Shown: positions 29,399 to 39,849 of the stretch, piece by piece
How positions within the stretch are numbered: the stretch's first letter is position 1
Layout: every line of letters begins with the position of its first letter
Virus genome (UHGV): UHGV-0045955
Strand: one strand, 5' to 3'
Origin: a virus
Length of the DNA: 39,899 nucleotides
Translations under genes and position numbers: made by a program
The notes under the pieces: model-generated
Database searches by the model: none
What the model saw: the letters and a program-made list of their open reading frames with translations, nothing else
What the model was told of the DNA's origin: nothing

Positions 29399-30094
29399 AT
29401 GTTATATGCATTTAAGCTGGGCAGAAAACTGCGCGGCGAGGAACCTTATTGCCCTGAAAAAGGCGGGAAAGGTGGCAGCTCTGATAAAAGCGCAAAGTAT
29501 GCAGCAGAAGCTCAGAAGTATGCCGCAGACCTGCAAAATCAGCAGTTCAACACCATCATGAACAACCTGAAACCGTTTACTCCTCTGGCTGAGAAGTATG
29601 TCGGCAGCCTCGAGAACTTATCGTCTCTGGAGGGGCAAGGTCAGGCGCTTAACCAGTATTACAACTCTCAGCAGTACAAAGACTTTGCTGGTCAGGCGCG
29701 CTATCAGAGTCTGGCGGCAGCGGAAGCAACAGGTGGATTGGGTTCCACCGCAACCAGTAATCAGTTAGCAACAATCGCACCAACGCTTGGTCAGCAGTGG
29801 CTGTCTGGTCAGATGAACAACTACCAGAATCTGGCAAATATTGGTCTTGGCGCGCTTCAGGGTCAGGCAAATGCCGGGCAAACATATGCCAACAACATGA
29901 GTCAGATTTCACAGCAAAGCGCGGCGCTGGCTGCGGCAAACGCCAACCGACCGTCAGCATTGCAATCTGCTATTGGTGGAGGTGCGTCTGGTGCCATTGC
30001 TGGGGCTGGACTTGCGAAATTAATTGGTTCATCAACTCCGTGGGGTGCTGGTATCGGTGCTGGTATCGGTCTGCTTGGTTCACTGCTTTATTAA
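29399..30094 (+). CDS. 7: Ejection protein (P22 gp7 type)
   Basis: 231-aa ORF; Gln/Ala/Gly-rich. Confidence 0.85.
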   Translation: MLYAFKLGRKLRGEEPYCPEKGGKGGSSDKSAKYAAEAQKYAADLQNQQFNTIMNNLKPFTPLAEKYVGSLENLSSLEGQGQALNQYYNSQQYKDFAGQARYQSLAAAEATGGLGSTATSNQLATIAPTLGQQWLSGQMNNYQNLANIGLGALQGQANAGQTYANNMSQISQQSAALAAANANRPSALQSAIGGGASGAIAGAGLAKLIGSSTPWGAGIGAGIGLLGSLLY

Positions 30095-30104
30095 GGGGTA
30101 ATCA

Positions 30105-31490
30105 ATGGCTACGTGGCAACAGGGTATTAATTCTGGTGGTTTTCTGGCTGGCATCGGTACGCAAAATGAGAATGCGCCAAAGGCAAGCGACATTAACGCA
30201 ACGCTTGGTCTGATCCGCGAAAACAATGAACTGGCTCGCTCAGGTGCAAATAACGTTGGCCTGACCGCGTTACGTGGCCTGGCTGGAGTTGCTGATATTT
30301 ACAATCAGGAACAGCAACAGAAAGCGATTAGTGCGTTCAATAAGGTTCATGCTGATGCATGGGCTTCTGGTGATCCATCGGGACTATTTAAGTTTGCCCA
30401 GGAAAATCCAGCGTTTGTTGCACAGGCACAACAGGCGTTTTCTGGTCTTAATGAGCAGCAACGCAACGATATGGGCGATTTAGCCATGAGGGCTAACGTC
30501 GCTCTTTCTCAGGGACCGGAAGCCTACAGTAAATTCATTACTGACAACAAGGACAGGTTAAATCGCGTTGGTGCTAATGCTGACTGGATGATTCAGACAG
30601 GTATCCAGAATCCAGAGCAGCTATCACACATGCTGACTACTATGTCTCTCGGTGCACTTGGGCCAGAAAAGGCGTTTGCTGTTCAGGACAAGATGGCTGG
30701 TCGTGAAATTGACCGAGGCAGGCTGGCAGAGACAATCCGCAGCAATCAGGCTGGCGAGGCACTTCAGGCGAGAGGGCAAAACCTTTCCTATCAGTCAGCA
30801 ATGACTGGACACGGACTTGCAGCAGAAAGACTGGCACTTGATAAGCAGAAATTCGGTTTTGAAGTACAACAGGCACAAAAGAAGGCCGATGAACTTATTA
30901 ATGCTGCGCCAAAACTATCCGTGAACATGGAAAAGGCTATAGAAAAATCAGCAGGTGATGCGGCAGCTAGTCGTAATGCTGCCGATTCAATGACAACGCT
31001 CGCTGACACGCTGGAGAAGGAGAAGCCAACTCCTGGTTTGTTCGGTAACGCTGAAAATATGTTCTCTAAGCTTACGGGGCAAGATAACTACCTCCGAGAT
31101 ATGCGGATTAGATTCAACCAACTAGCCAATGCGCAGGCAACCAAGCTTCTACCTCCCGGCCCTGCATCAGATAAGGATATTGAGTTTGCAAGGAAAGGCA
31201 TTCCAAGCGAAACGGATAATCCAATGGTCATGGCTCGATGGTTAAGGGGTATGGCAAAAATGGAAAGTAATAACGCGAAGTTCAACGAGTTTAGGTCAGA
31301 GTGGATGAGTGCAAACGGCAGCCCTGGACAATCTGATCGCAACCGAAACATCATGGGGATGGATGTTAAGAAGGGTGAATCATTGAACTCTGCGGCAAAA
31401 CGTTTTCTTTCCTCAAGTTATGGCGATAGCCAACCTCAACAGCAATTGTCCGATGACGAATTAATTAGCAAATATCTCGGAGGGCAGTAA
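30105..31490 (+). CDS. 20: Ejection protein (P22 gp20 type)
   Basis: 461-aa ORF in conserved order. Confidence 0.85.
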   Translation: MATWQQGINSGGFLAGIGTQNENAPKASDINATLGLIRENNELARSGANNVGLTALRGLAGVADIYNQEQQQKAISAFNKVHADAWASGDPSGLFKFAQENPAFVAQAQQAFSGLNEQQRNDMGDLAMRANVALSQGPEAYSKFITDNKDRLNRVGANADWMIQTGIQNPEQLSHMLTTMSLGALGPEKAFAVQDKMAGREIDRGRLAETIRSNQAGEALQARGQNLSYQSAMTGHGLAAERLALDKQKFGFEVQQAQKKADELINAAPKLSVNMEKAIEKSAGDAAASRNAADSMTTLADTLEKEKPTPGLFGNAENMFSKLTGQDNYLRDMRIRFNQLANAQATKLLPPGPASDKDIEFARKGIPSETDNPMVMARWLRGMAKMESNNAKFNEFRSEWMSANGSPGQSDRNRNIMGMDVKKGESLNSAAKRFLSSSYGDSQPQQQLSDDELISKYLGGQ

Positions 31491-33316
31491 TGGCTTATAG
31501 TCGTGAACAATTGATGACGGCGTTAAGGAATGCTGATGCTGCTGGTGATACTGAGGGAGCACGTCGCATTGCTCAGATGCTGTCTTCTGGTGATCAATCC
31601 ACCCAAAACCAATCGCAGCCAGAAGAACAATCTCTGGTAGGAAAAGCTACTGACTGGCTCACTGGTGGTCAAAGTGCAGGGCAAATTGCAGAACAGGCTG
31701 GTCGTGGTCTGGTAAACATACCATTTGACGTATTGCAGGGTGGCGCAAGTCTGATTAATGCAATCAGTCAGGGGCTTGGTGGGCCAAAAGTATTGGATGA
31801 TGTCTATCGTCCAGTAGACAGACCGACAGACTCCTACGCTCAAGCTGGAGAAACAATTGGCGGGTATTTAGTTCCAGGAGTTGGAACGGCAGGAAGTATG
31901 GCTATTGGATCACTGGCAGAGGCCGCAAATCAGAAAGGTGATTTCGCACAAAATGCAGCTAAAAATGCCGGAGTTAACCTTGCCGCTCAGGGTGTTCTTT
32001 CCGCAGCAGCAAAGGGAATAGGGCGTGGAATAACGGCTATAAAAGGTGATATTGCGCCAGAAGTGGCGAAGAAAATTGCCACATCAGAATCGATGGGCGT
32101 GACACCAATGACATCTGATGTTATCCCGCCGAAAAATGCTTTCACTCGCGGACTTACTCAGGATGCTGAGGGGGCTTTGCTCGGGACAGGCTCAAAGCGA
32201 GCGGAGCAATATGCAACGCGTAGTAAGCTGGTAAGCAATTATTTTGACCGTTTTGGTGAGTACAACCCTGATGATGTGGTGAAATCTCTTACCACCACGT
32301 TAAGGGGGCGGAAGGATGCCGCTGGCGCTGTTATCAATGACGTCACCAATAAAATGGGTAATGCCGCAGTTGATACCACAAATACCATGAATGCTCTGAA
32401 TACAGCGATCGCAAGACAGGAACGGCTTGGGACGTCTGCCAATCAAAGCCTGCTTACATCCTTGCGTAACCTACGTGAAGAATTAGCAAACCCTGCAACT
32501 GATTTGGATGTTACGTTTGATCTCTTGCGTCAGCACAGAACAGCATTTAGATCTAATGTTCAGGGAGATGCTATGGTCTTCCCCAACCAGGCAAAAGCAG
32601 CTACCAATATGGTAGAGAATGCAATGTCAAAAGACCTTCGTAACGCAGTTGCTAAAAACCTCGGTGCATCAGACGCAGCAAAATACCTTAAAGCAAATTC
32701 CGATTATGCAAACGTTTATAATAAGGTGCTTAATAAAAACATTGCCAACAAGCTCAACAAGGCAAGCAGCGAAGCCAGTCCTGAACTTATAAATACCGTT
32801 GTATTAAGCAGAAAACCATCTGACGTGAAACGAATCTGGAGCGCACTGGATGATAAGGGGAAAGATGCTATGCGTGCAGCTTACGTCAGCAAAATAGCGG
32901 AAAAGGCCGGGGACTCTCCAGCCAAGTTCATCACTGAAGTTAATAAGCTGAAATCTCAGTCAGGCGGTGAAATTTACAACACTATTTTTTCTGGAAAGCA
33001 CATGAAAGAGCTTGATGCTCTTCATGAAGTTCTACAGCAAACAGCAAGGTCAGACACCGCAAATGTAGTAACTCAGACGGGGCAATCGCAAGCCAACAGG
33101 ATAAGGACGATTGGCGCAACTGCGACCCTTGGCGTATCAATGGGGCTTGAGGCTGGTTTTGGTGCAATGATGCGCTTGTATGAGTCCAAAGCAGCAAGAA
33201 ATATGCTTCTTCGTTTGGCAAACACCAAAGCAGGAACACCAGCCTATGAAAGAGCGATAAATAACGCTGCGAATGCCATCAGACCGCTGTTTGCTACTGA
33301 GGCAACACAGCAGTAA
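31490..33316 (+). CDS. 16: Ejection protein (P22 gp16 type)
   Basis: 608-aa ORF in conserved order. Confidence 0.85.
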   Translation: MAYSREQLMTALRNADAAGDTEGARRIAQMLSSGDQSTQNQSQPEEQSLVGKATDWLTGGQSAGQIAEQAGRGLVNIPFDVLQGGASLINAISQGLGGPKVLDDVYRPVDRPTDSYAQAGETIGGYLVPGVGTAGSMAIGSLAEAANQKGDFAQNAAKNAGVNLAAQGVLSAAAKGIGRGITAIKGDIAPEVAKKIATSESMGVTPMTSDVIPPKNAFTRGLTQDAEGALLGTGSKRAEQYATRSKLVSNYFDRFGEYNPDDVVKSLTTTLRGRKDAAGAVINDVTNKMGNAAVDTTNTMNALNTAIARQERLGTSANQSLLTSLRNLREELANPATDLDVTFDLLRQHRTAFRSNVQGDAMVFPNQAKAATNMVENAMSKDLRNAVAKNLGASDAAKYLKANSDYANVYNKVLNKNIANKLNKASSEASPELINTVVLSRKPSDVKRIWSALDDKGKDAMRAAYVSKIAEKAGDSPAKFITEVNKLKSQSGGEIYNTIFSGKHMKELDALHEVLQQTARSDTANVVTQTGQSQANRIRTIGATATLGVSMGLEAGFGAMMRLYESKAARNMLLRLANTKAGTPAYERAINNAANAIRPLFATEATQQ

Positions 33317-33340
33317 CGTATGGGAAATTGGATTCAATCG

Positions 33341-33730
33341 CTAACATTTTCTTTTTACTTTTCCAACAAAAGCTTTGGTTGAATCCATATTTCCATAACC
33401 GGAAATGGTTTTTGACATTAAAACTGTTCCAGTAGGATGTATTACCCATGAGTCGATAACGCGTTGAGTTTCGCCATTCGCGCCGATTCCTATGATGGAG
33501 TTTTTAGACAATGCTTTGTAAGCCATGCCGCCCGCATCTGTCCCAGAATATGTGATGCTGGCATCTTCACCGTTTGTCTTAATGATGAATGTTCCACTAA
33601 AACCATCTTCTTCCGGGTGGAAATTATTTCGTTCTGAATAGCTTATTCCGCGCATATCTCCAACGACCCAGCACTCTGCTGTAGCCCCAAAAGATATGAA
33701 TAAGAACATAGCAGTAAGAAATTGCTTCAC
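33341..33730 (-). CDS. Secreted hypothetical protein with cleavable signal peptide
   Basis: 129-aa ORF; N-terminal MKQFLTAMFLFISFGATA then ECWV; lies where P22 carries sieA. Confidence 0.6.
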   Translation of the reverse strand: MKQFLTAMFLFISFGATAECWVVGDMRGISYSERNNFHPEEDGFSGTFIIKTNGEDASITYSGTDAGGMAYKALSKNSIIGIGANGETQRVIDSWVIHPTGTVLMSKTISGYGNMDSTKAFVGKVKRKC

Positions 33731-33847
33731 GCCAACCTCCTTAGTTTTGAGCAGGATACCATGAAAAAAGTAAACATCTTTTGCCTACTTCACATTTGAA
33801 TGGTTTGTCATTAGGATGTTTCCGGTTTTTTAAATATGGAAATTGAT

Positions 33848-34267
33848 ATGAAGAGGATTATTGGCGTCGTTGCTGGCGCTATATTGTTATCTGGGTGCGC
33901 AACTATTGTTGGTGACGAAACGCAGCTTGTGCAAGTGAACAGCAATCCTTCCGGTGCGAGCTTTAAGGTAAAAGACGAATCAGGCGTGATTGTTGCGCAA
34001 GGTAAGACCCCACAAGGAGTAACTCTTGCCAAGTCAGATGGTAGTTATTTTGGCAAAAAGAGCTACCAGATCACTATGGAAAAGGATGGGTACGAACCAG
34101 TTACCCTGCCAATCAAAGCCAATGCTAATGGCTGGTATATTGGTGGAAACCTTGTGTTTGGTGGGTTAATTGGTTGGCTTGCTGTAGATCCTTTTAATGG
34201 TGGGATGTATACCTTGAAGCCAAAAGAGGCAAACGCATCTCTTATACCATCAACAAAGCAAGACTAA
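33848..34267 (+). CDS. Lipoprotein with PEGA-like beta domain and Gly-rich hydrophobic C-terminal segment
   Basis: Signal MKRIIGVVAGAILLSGC with lipobox LSGC; region NSNPSGASFKV...GKTP...KDGYEPVTLPIKA resembles a PEGA domain; C-terminal WYIGGNLVFGGLIGWLAV. Confidence 0.6.
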   Translation: MKRIIGVVAGAILLSGCATIVGDETQLVQVNSNPSGASFKVKDESGVIVAQGKTPQGVTLAKSDGSYFGKKSYQITMEKDGYEPVTLPIKANANGWYIGGNLVFGGLIGWLAVDPFNGGMYTLKPKEANASLIPSTKQD

Positions 34268-34275
34268 TAAATAGG

Positions 34276-34298
34276 ACCCACCTTCAGGTGGGTTTTTT
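34276..34298 (+). terminator. Rho-independent terminator between the lipoprotein gene and mnt
   Basis: Hairpin ACCCACC-TTCA-GGTGGGT followed by TTTTTT. Confidence 0.7.
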
Positions 34299-34535
34299 GT
34301 ACAAATCCTTCAGCGTATCAAACACCATCTTCTTAACAAGCTCTGACTGCTCATCAGCGAGTCGTTCTGCATCGTCGCGATATCCAGTCACAGGCGATGG
34401 TTTTGATAGAGCATCTTGGACGATTTGTAACAACTCGGAGTTCATTGATCTCCCATTCGCCTCCGCCCTGAATTTTAATTTCTCCCTTACTTCCATAGGC
34501 ATACGGAAGTTAAAGTGCGGATCATCTCTAGCCAT
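34284..34535 (-). CDS. mnt: Mnt repressor (ribbon-helix-helix)
   Basis: 83-aa ORF matching P22 Mnt by recall (MARDDPHFNFRMPMEVREKLKFRAEANGRSMNSELLQIV...). Confidence 0.9.
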   Translation of the reverse strand: MARDDPHFNFRMPMEVREKLKFRAEANGRSMNSELLQIVQDALSKPSPVTGYRDDAERLADEQSELVKKMVFDTLKDLYKKPT

Positions 34536-34562
34536 GCCATCACTCCAAGTTAGTGTATTGAC

Positions 34563-34609
34563 ATGATAGAAGCACTCTACTATATTCTCAATAGGTCCAC
34601 GGTGGACCT
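34563..34609. promoter_or_regulatory. immI operators O_arc and O_mnt with divergent Pant/Pmnt promoters
   Basis: ATGATAGAAGCACTCTACTAT at 34563-34583 (Arc operator as recalled); perfect 17-bp palindrome AGGTCCACGGTGGACCT at 34593-34609 (Mnt operator). Confidence 0.75.
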
Positions 34610-34625
34610 ATATTGTGAGGTGAAT

Positions 34626-34787
34626 ATGAAAGGAATGAGCAAGATGCCGCAGTTCAATTTGCGGTGGCCTAAAGAAGTATTGGATTTGGTCCGCAAGGTG
34701 GCGGAAGAGAATGGTCGGTCTGTTAACTCTGAGATTTATCAGAGAGTAATGGAAAGCTTTAAGAAGGAAGGGCGCATTGGCGCGTAA
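34626..34787 (+). CDS. arc: Arc repressor (ribbon-helix-helix)
   Basis: 53-aa product [53 protein letters not shown], matching P22 Arc by recall. Confidence 0.9.
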   Translation: MKGMSKMPQFNLRWPKEVLDLVRKVAEENGRSVNSEIYQRVMESFKKEGRIGA

Positions 34788-34789
34788 AG

Positions 34790-34860
34790 TTGAAGCCCCA
34801 ACTGCGGGAACAGTCAGGGCTTCGGTTGTCAGTAAATCCGTGGAGAAAAACCAACATGAA
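34790..34860 (-). ncRNA. Candidate sar-like antisense RNA across the arc-ant junction
   Basis: Placed by analogy to P22 sar; a GAAGCCC...GGGCTTC stem is present in the interval. Endpoints are not determined. Confidence 0.3.
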
Positions 34861-35758
34861 TAGTATAGCAATTTTAGAAGCAGTGAACACCTCTTACGTA
34901 CCATTCAACGGTCAGCAAATTATCACCGCCATGGCTGCCGGAGTTGCATATGTTGCGATGAAGCCAATCGTTGAAAACCTTGGAATGAGCTGGTCAACGC
35001 AGCAAACAAAACTCATGAAGCAGATTAGCAAATTCAACTGTGTTCATATGAACATGGTTGCCGCTGATGGGAAGCTTCGTAAGCTACTCTGCCTTCCTTT
35101 GAAGAAGTTAAATGGATGGCTGTTCAGCATCAACCCTGAGAAAGTTCGTGCTGACATCCGTGATAAACTGATTCAGTACCAGGAGGAATGCTTTAGCGTG
35201 CTGCATGACTACTGGACGAAGGGAAAGGAAGAAAATGCACGTAAGAAAACATCTGTTGATGACAGGACTCCGCTTCGTGATGCTGTAAATATGCTAGTCA
35301 GCAAAAAGCATCTAATGTACCCAGAAGCTTATGCAATGATTCATCAGCGTTTCAACGTGGAAAGTATTGAAGAGCTTGATGCATCTCAGATACCGCAAGC
35401 AGTAGAGTACATCCACAGGGTAGTGCTTGAAGGCGAGTTTATTGGCAAACAAGAGAAGAAAGCAAACGAGCTTTCTGCAAAAGAAGCAAACAGCCTTGTA
35501 TGGTTATGGGATTATGCCAACCGTTCACAGGCATTATTCCGCGAACTGTATCCGGCGCTAAAACAAATTCAATCGAACTATTCCGGCAGATGCTACGACT
35601 ACGGTCATGAATTCTCGTATGTTATCGGAATGGCGAGAGACGTTTTAATCAATCACACACGAGATGTTGATATCAATGAGCCAGACGGACCAACGAATCT
35701 TTCCGCATGGATGAGACTTAAGAATAAAGAATTGCCTCCTTCAGTACATAACTACTGA
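34856..35758 (+). CDS. ant: Antirepressor Ant
   Basis: 300-aa product from ATG at 34856 ([21 protein letters not shown]...), matching P22 Ant by recall. Confidence 0.9.
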   Translation: MNSIAILEAVNTSYVPFNGQQIITAMAAGVAYVAMKPIVENLGMSWSTQQTKLMKQISKFNCVHMNMVAADGKLRKLLCLPLKKLNGWLFSINPEKVRADIRDKLIQYQEECFSVLHDYWTKGKEENARKKTSVDDRTPLRDAVNMLVSKKHLMYPEAYAMIHQRFNVESIEELDASQIPQAVEYIHRVVLEGEFIGKQEKKANELSAKEANSLVWLWDYANRSQALFRELYPALKQIQSNYSGRCYDYGHEFSYVIGMARDVLINHTRDVDINEPDGPTNLSAWMRLKNKELPPSVHNY

Positions 35759-35780
35759 CAGATAACCAACGCAACGACCC

Positions 35781-35896
35781 NNNNNNNNNNNNNNNNNNNN
35801 NNNNNNNNNNNNNNNNNNNNNNNNNNNNNNNNNNNNNNNNNNNNNNNNNNNNNNNNNNNNNNNNNNNNNNNNNNNNNNNNNNNNNNNNNNNNNNNN
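35781..35896. other. Run of N (assembly gap) followed by G9T8 homopolymers
   Basis: Read directly. Confidence 0.95.
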
Positions 35897-36241
35897 GGGG
35901 GGGGGTTTTTTTTATGCCCAAAATTCACCGTAGCCATGCTGCGGCGATTCCTTGTATCTGGAGCAAATTAAATGACAGATATTATAAATAGGAATTGTTA
36001 TTTAATAATATTTGAAAATGAAAATCATGGACGATAGGAATAAAAGTAGTACTTGTTATTTTTAAATGACGCATTAAACGCATAAAGCATATGTCTGTTG
36101 ATCAAGATTCTTGTTTGTTGTAAAATAATTGTTTTGTTCATGTTGCATAGTTTTAAAGTGAATAGAAGATTATTTTTCAAAACAATTGCATCTTTGTCTG
36201 CAGTCATTCCGTTTTCTTCAATATCTAAATTTTCAAACAGG

Positions 36242-38983
36242 ATGACTAATATGCCTGATATAACTCCAAATGTTGTAATTGGGATGCCTTCGCAACTCTT
36301 CACTATGGCTCGTTCTTTTAAAGCCGTAGCTAATGGCAAAATTTATATCGGTAAAATTGACACTGACCCTGTAAATCCTGAAAACCAGATTCAGGTTTAT
36401 GTAGAGAATGAAGAAGGTTCTCACGTTCCTGTTTCGCAACCAATCGTTATCAATGCTGCTGGATATCCTGTATATAACGGACAGATTGCCAAATTCGTTA
36501 CTGTGAAAGGACACTCTATGGCTGTGTACGATGCTTATGGTACGCAGCAGTTCTATTTTCCGAATGTGCTGAAGTATGACCCGGATCAGTTACGGCAGCA
36601 ATTAGAAGATCCTGATGGTGCTAAAAAATACCCTGAATTACAGATTGCACGATGGCGGGATGATAAAGACGTTCGCGGGTGGGGGGCGGATGACTCTGCG
36701 AATAGAGATTCAACACAGGCTTTTCTTGACGCCGCATCTAGCGCAGGAAATAGTGGTTTGGTTCATGTGCCTTCTGGTGAGTTTATAGTTGATGCATCGA
36801 AAATAGATATTTCACGCTTCTCCGGTGATGGTGTTCTAATCAGTAATGGTGTTCGCATTTCTGTTAATCCGCCGATGCAAAGTTTCTCCATTGGACAAAG
36901 AAAACTTGCGACCCTGAATTTTGGTGATGATATCAATGCGCCAACTATATATGCGAATGCACAAAATGCATTGCAGGGAATAGCTTGTGTAAGGCATGAA
37001 GGTATTGAGAAGGTTTTTATCACTCAACAGGTTGGAGGTTCTAACTGGGGAACGGACACCCTCACAAGGATCAGTGAGTGGCACTATACAAGCGATGGTT
37101 CAACTCTTTATGTTGTGACATTTACAGAGCCATTGCCTCTTGGTCACGGTTCAGATCTTTCTGCCACAATAGAGAACGGTGAACTATATCTGTTTACAAC
37201 AACAATTGCTGAGACTGGTTCCTCTCTAGGAGGGAAGGGGTATTCAAAGACAAAATGGAAAGGGGCATCAACATCTGCTGAAGATATAACTCATTACCGA
37301 GTATTTGGTGAGCCGGGTGATAATAATCTGATTAACCTTGCGCAGCGGGCAAGTATTTGTGTATCTAATGATGGGCGATATGTCATATTAATTGCGACAT
37401 CAAACGCTGGGACTGGCCGCTTTTTATACGTATATGATCGCAAAGAAGTGGAATCTTCTTCTAACCCAATGAAAGTTAGACCGATTAATGGTCCTGTTCC
37501 ACTTGTCCGTGGTAAAGGTCAGTATGGTGCAACACTTCAGGGTATTACATCAGATAGCAGATATATTTACACAATTTGGGGTGGCGTTCCTGCAAGATGC
37601 GTAAGGACAGTACAGATTTATGATATGGGTGGTACGCTAATACGTTCATTTCCTGTATCACTTGCCGCCTCACTTTATACAGAGACTCAGTTAAATGGTT
37701 CTGACTCTAAAATCGGAGTTCCGGTTAGCTTTGAGCCTGAAGGGCTGGCAATAAGAGGTGATGAACTTGTCTGTGGTGCTATGGATGTATGGAAAAGCGC
37801 AGGGGATGTTGTAAGCCATCGTGGTAAAAATTGGGTAAGTATTGTTACTGGTGATAACAAGGGAAATCTTCCGACAAACAGGTCTTATTGGTTAAAAACA
37901 TCGCTTGCAGCGACAAGTGGTGAATGGGATTCAGGCGCAACATATAAATCAGGTGATTATACTCGCAGAAATAAGCATCTGTTTGGAATAGCAAACCTGT
38001 CTGATATTCTTGGCAACCATCCAGTGCATGGTGCAGAATCCGATCCGTATACCGGAACCGCGCATCAATATTATGCTGGAACTGATATCGCCTTTAACCG
38101 TGAGCACGGTTCATTTACTATTGCGATATTTGACGAAGCCATTGGAGAGTATACCAAATCCCTCGAGTTGAATTATGGAAATAACCTTAACCTGTTTGAT
38201 ACAGATTACGGACATGACAATAATTCATGGGTAAGTACGAAAGCAGTATTCGACTCAAACTTTCGAGGTATGCAGTTCCGTTCTAAAGATGGGAATACTG
38301 CGGGTGGTGCTTATATTGATATCCATGCTGCTGATTGTCCATCTGCGGCTGGTGAGTTGATACTTGCCTCTACAGATGGAGGTGTCGTCAGACTTAAGCA
38401 GGGGAATGTAACAGTATTTTCTGCGACTAAAGATACTACATCGACATGGGCGACGACGACATTAAGGCCAACAACTGATAACCAGGTATCACTTGGAAGG
38501 TCCGTTAACCGCTTTTCTCAGGTCTACGCAGGGACTGCAACTATAAATACATCTGATGCAACAGAGAAAACGGAAGTCAGAACTCTTTCCGATAAAGAGC
38601 AGGCGGTTGGGTTAGCTCTTGTTGATGAAATTGGTTTTTATCAATGGCTTGATAGTGTAAAAAATAAGGGAGCTGATGCCAGACTTCATGCCGGACTTAC
38701 GGTGCAACGGGCAATGGAAATATTCAGAGAGAATGGACTTGATCCATTTAAATACGGAGCGATCTGCTATGACAGATGGGATGCATATACAGATACAGAT
38801 CCAGCTGTTTATGATGATGAAGGTAACCTTGTTCGTGAGGCTATAACTATTACGCATGAAGCAGGAGAACGCTATGCATTCAGAAATGATGAATTACAGT
38901 ATCTAATGATTGCTGCATTAGGTATACGTCAGAAAAATATTATAAAGAGGATTGAAGAACTGGAAAATAAGCTTGCAAATTAA
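36242..38983 (+). CDS. 9: Tailspike: P22/HK620-type head-binding domain, central receptor-binding (probable glycanase) domain, C-terminal intramolecular chaperone domain
   Basis: N-terminus [38 protein letters not shown]... matches the podovirus tailspike head-binding domain; C-terminal 150 aa ([20 protein letters not shown]...) resemble the S74 self-cleaving chaperone; start set at ATG 36242 rather than the ORF-track start. Confidence 0.9.
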   Translation: MTNMPDITPNVVIGMPSQLFTMARSFKAVANGKIYIGKIDTDPVNPENQIQVYVENEEGSHVPVSQPIVINAAGYPVYNGQIAKFVTVKGHSMAVYDAYGTQQFYFPNVLKYDPDQLRQQLEDPDGAKKYPELQIARWRDDKDVRGWGADDSANRDSTQAFLDAASSAGNSGLVHVPSGEFIVDASKIDISRFSGDGVLISNGVRISVNPPMQSFSIGQRKLATLNFGDDINAPTIYANAQNALQGIACVRHEGIEKVFITQQVGGSNWGTDTLTRISEWHYTSDGSTLYVVTFTEPLPLGHGSDLSATIENGELYLFTTTIAETGSSLGGKGYSKTKWKGASTSAEDITHYRVFGEPGDNNLINLAQRASICVSNDGRYVILIATSNAGTGRFLYVYDRKEVESSSNPMKVRPINGPVPLVRGKGQYGATLQGITSDSRYIYTIWGGVPARCVRTVQIYDMGGTLIRSFPVSLAASLYTETQLNGSDSKIGVPVSFEPEGLAIRGDELVCGAMDVWKSAGDVVSHRGKNWVSIVTGDNKGNLPTNRSYWLKTSLAATSGEWDSGATYKSGDYTRRNKHLFGIANLSDILGNHPVHGAESDPYTGTAHQYYAGTDIAFNREHGSFTIAIFDEAIGEYTKSLELNYGNNLNLFDTDYGHDNNSWVSTKAVFDSNFRGMQFRSKDGNTAGGAYIDIHAADCPSAAGELILASTDGGVVRLKQGNVTVFSATKDTTSTWATTTLRPTTDNQVSLGRSVNRFSQVYAGTATINTSDATEKTEVRTLSDKEQAVGLALVDEIGFYQWLDSVKNKGADARLHAGLTVQRAMEIFRENGLDPFKYGAICYDRWDAYTDTDPAVYDDEGNLVREAITITHEAGERYAFRNDELQYLMIAALGIRQKNIIKRIEELENKLAN

Positions 38984-39066
38984 CTATTTTACTGACACCT
39001 TAAGTCTCAATATTACCAATTGAAGTCTATGTTTTTTGGGTGTTTTAGTAATTTGTTATAGATAAA

Positions 39067-39103
39067 TGTCACTCCTTAAAGATATCGCATTCTAGGAGTG
39101 ACA
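39067..39103. repeat. 9-bp inverted repeat (TGTCACTCC ... GGAGTGACA) between the convergent tailspike and acetyltransferase genes
   Basis: Arms at 39067-39075 and 39095-39103 with a 19-nt loop. Confidence 0.4.
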
Positions 39104-39138
39104 TGTGATTTACTTGTCGTTCAATATATGGTGTGTTT

Positions 39139-39849
39139 TTATTGTTTTTCTTTTGTTAGGTTCCAATATTCACTTGTGGTTTTTATGGAGTCCTTATTAG
39201 GCTTTACATAAGGTTTATGTATGGAGAGATGAGGTCTTTCCCAGGCAATGTCTTTTTTTATTACTCTTGCTGGAACTCCTGCTGCAATAGAGTTATTTGG
39301 GACGTGTCCTTTAACAACAGCTGCATAGCCAATAACACTACCACTTTCGATTTCTGCACCACCAAGTATTGCCGCTCGGCGGCCAACCCAGACATGACTT
39401 CCAATATAAATAGATTTTGGCATATTTATACGTTCACCTGTTACTACACTAAAAATAGGGTGGGAGTCATCAGTTTTAACTTCATTTCCACTTGAAAACA
39501 TGCAGTCATCGCCAATAATTATGCTTGAGTTTTCTACAGCAGAAATCATACCTTTACCAGTGCAAGTGAAATCAGAGCCTATTTTTATGGAGGAATTCTC
39601 ACCCACTCTTATATGGGCTTGTATACCTTTGTTTGCGATATGGCATGGGCCAATTTCAAAATACCCATTGTTGCAGTCAAAATATATCTCAAAATATTTT
39701 AATGATGCATCTTTATGAATGATAAGTTTATTATTAGATCCTCTAAACTGAATTAGTTTGACGTCACAACTACCTTCGTACTGGATCTCATTACCCATTT
39801 CATCAGAATACTTCTCTGCTTTTGTTAAAACAACTTTTCTAATTTTCAT
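39139..39849 (-). CDS. Hexapeptide-repeat (left-handed beta-helix) acetyltransferase, probable polysaccharide O-acetyltransferase moron
   Basis: 236-aa product from ATG at 39849; repeated [LIV]-G-x4 hexapeptide pattern (IGDDCMF, IGSHVWVGRRAAILGG, IGYAAVV); visibly AT-rich relative to the structural genes. Confidence 0.8.
   Translation of the reverse strand: MKIRKVVLTKAEKYSDEMGNEIQYEGSCDVKLIQFRGSNNKLIIHKDASLKYFEIYFDCNNGYFEIGPCHIANKGIQAHIRVGENSSIKIGSDFTCTGKGMISAVENSSIIIGDDCMFSSGNEVKTDDSHPIFSVVTGERINMPKSIYIGSHVWVGRRAAILGGAEIESGSVIGYAAVVKGHVPNNSIAAGVPARVIKKDIAWERPHLSIHKPYVKPNKDSIKTTSEYWNLTKEKQ

Noticed and set aside
29797-30213. Plus-strand ORF in an alternative frame across the gp7/gp20 junction (Cys/Trp-rich)
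   Set aside because: Out-of-frame overlap with gp7; composition reflects the alternative frame of a Gln/Ala-rich gene.
33836-33847. Upstream start (MEID-) for the lipoprotein
   Set aside because: It would put acidic residues in the signal-peptide n-region; MKRIIG... from 33848 gives a canonical lipoprotein signal.
33341-34267. A sieA homologue at the P22 sieA position
   Set aside because: Neither gene in this slot resembles a multi-pass inner-membrane protein of the size I recall for SieA; they are treated as a distinct module.
35718-35937. Minus-strand ORFs 35718-35921 and 35752-35937 spanning the third N-run
   Set aside because: Composed mostly of X from the gap; artefacts.
36098-36241. 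ORF-track start of the tailspike at 36098 (MIKILVCC...)
   Set aside because: The conserved tailspike N-terminus begins at the ATG pair 36242/36251 with an AGGA upstream; the extra 48 codons are AT-rich leader with no homology and are most likely untranslated.
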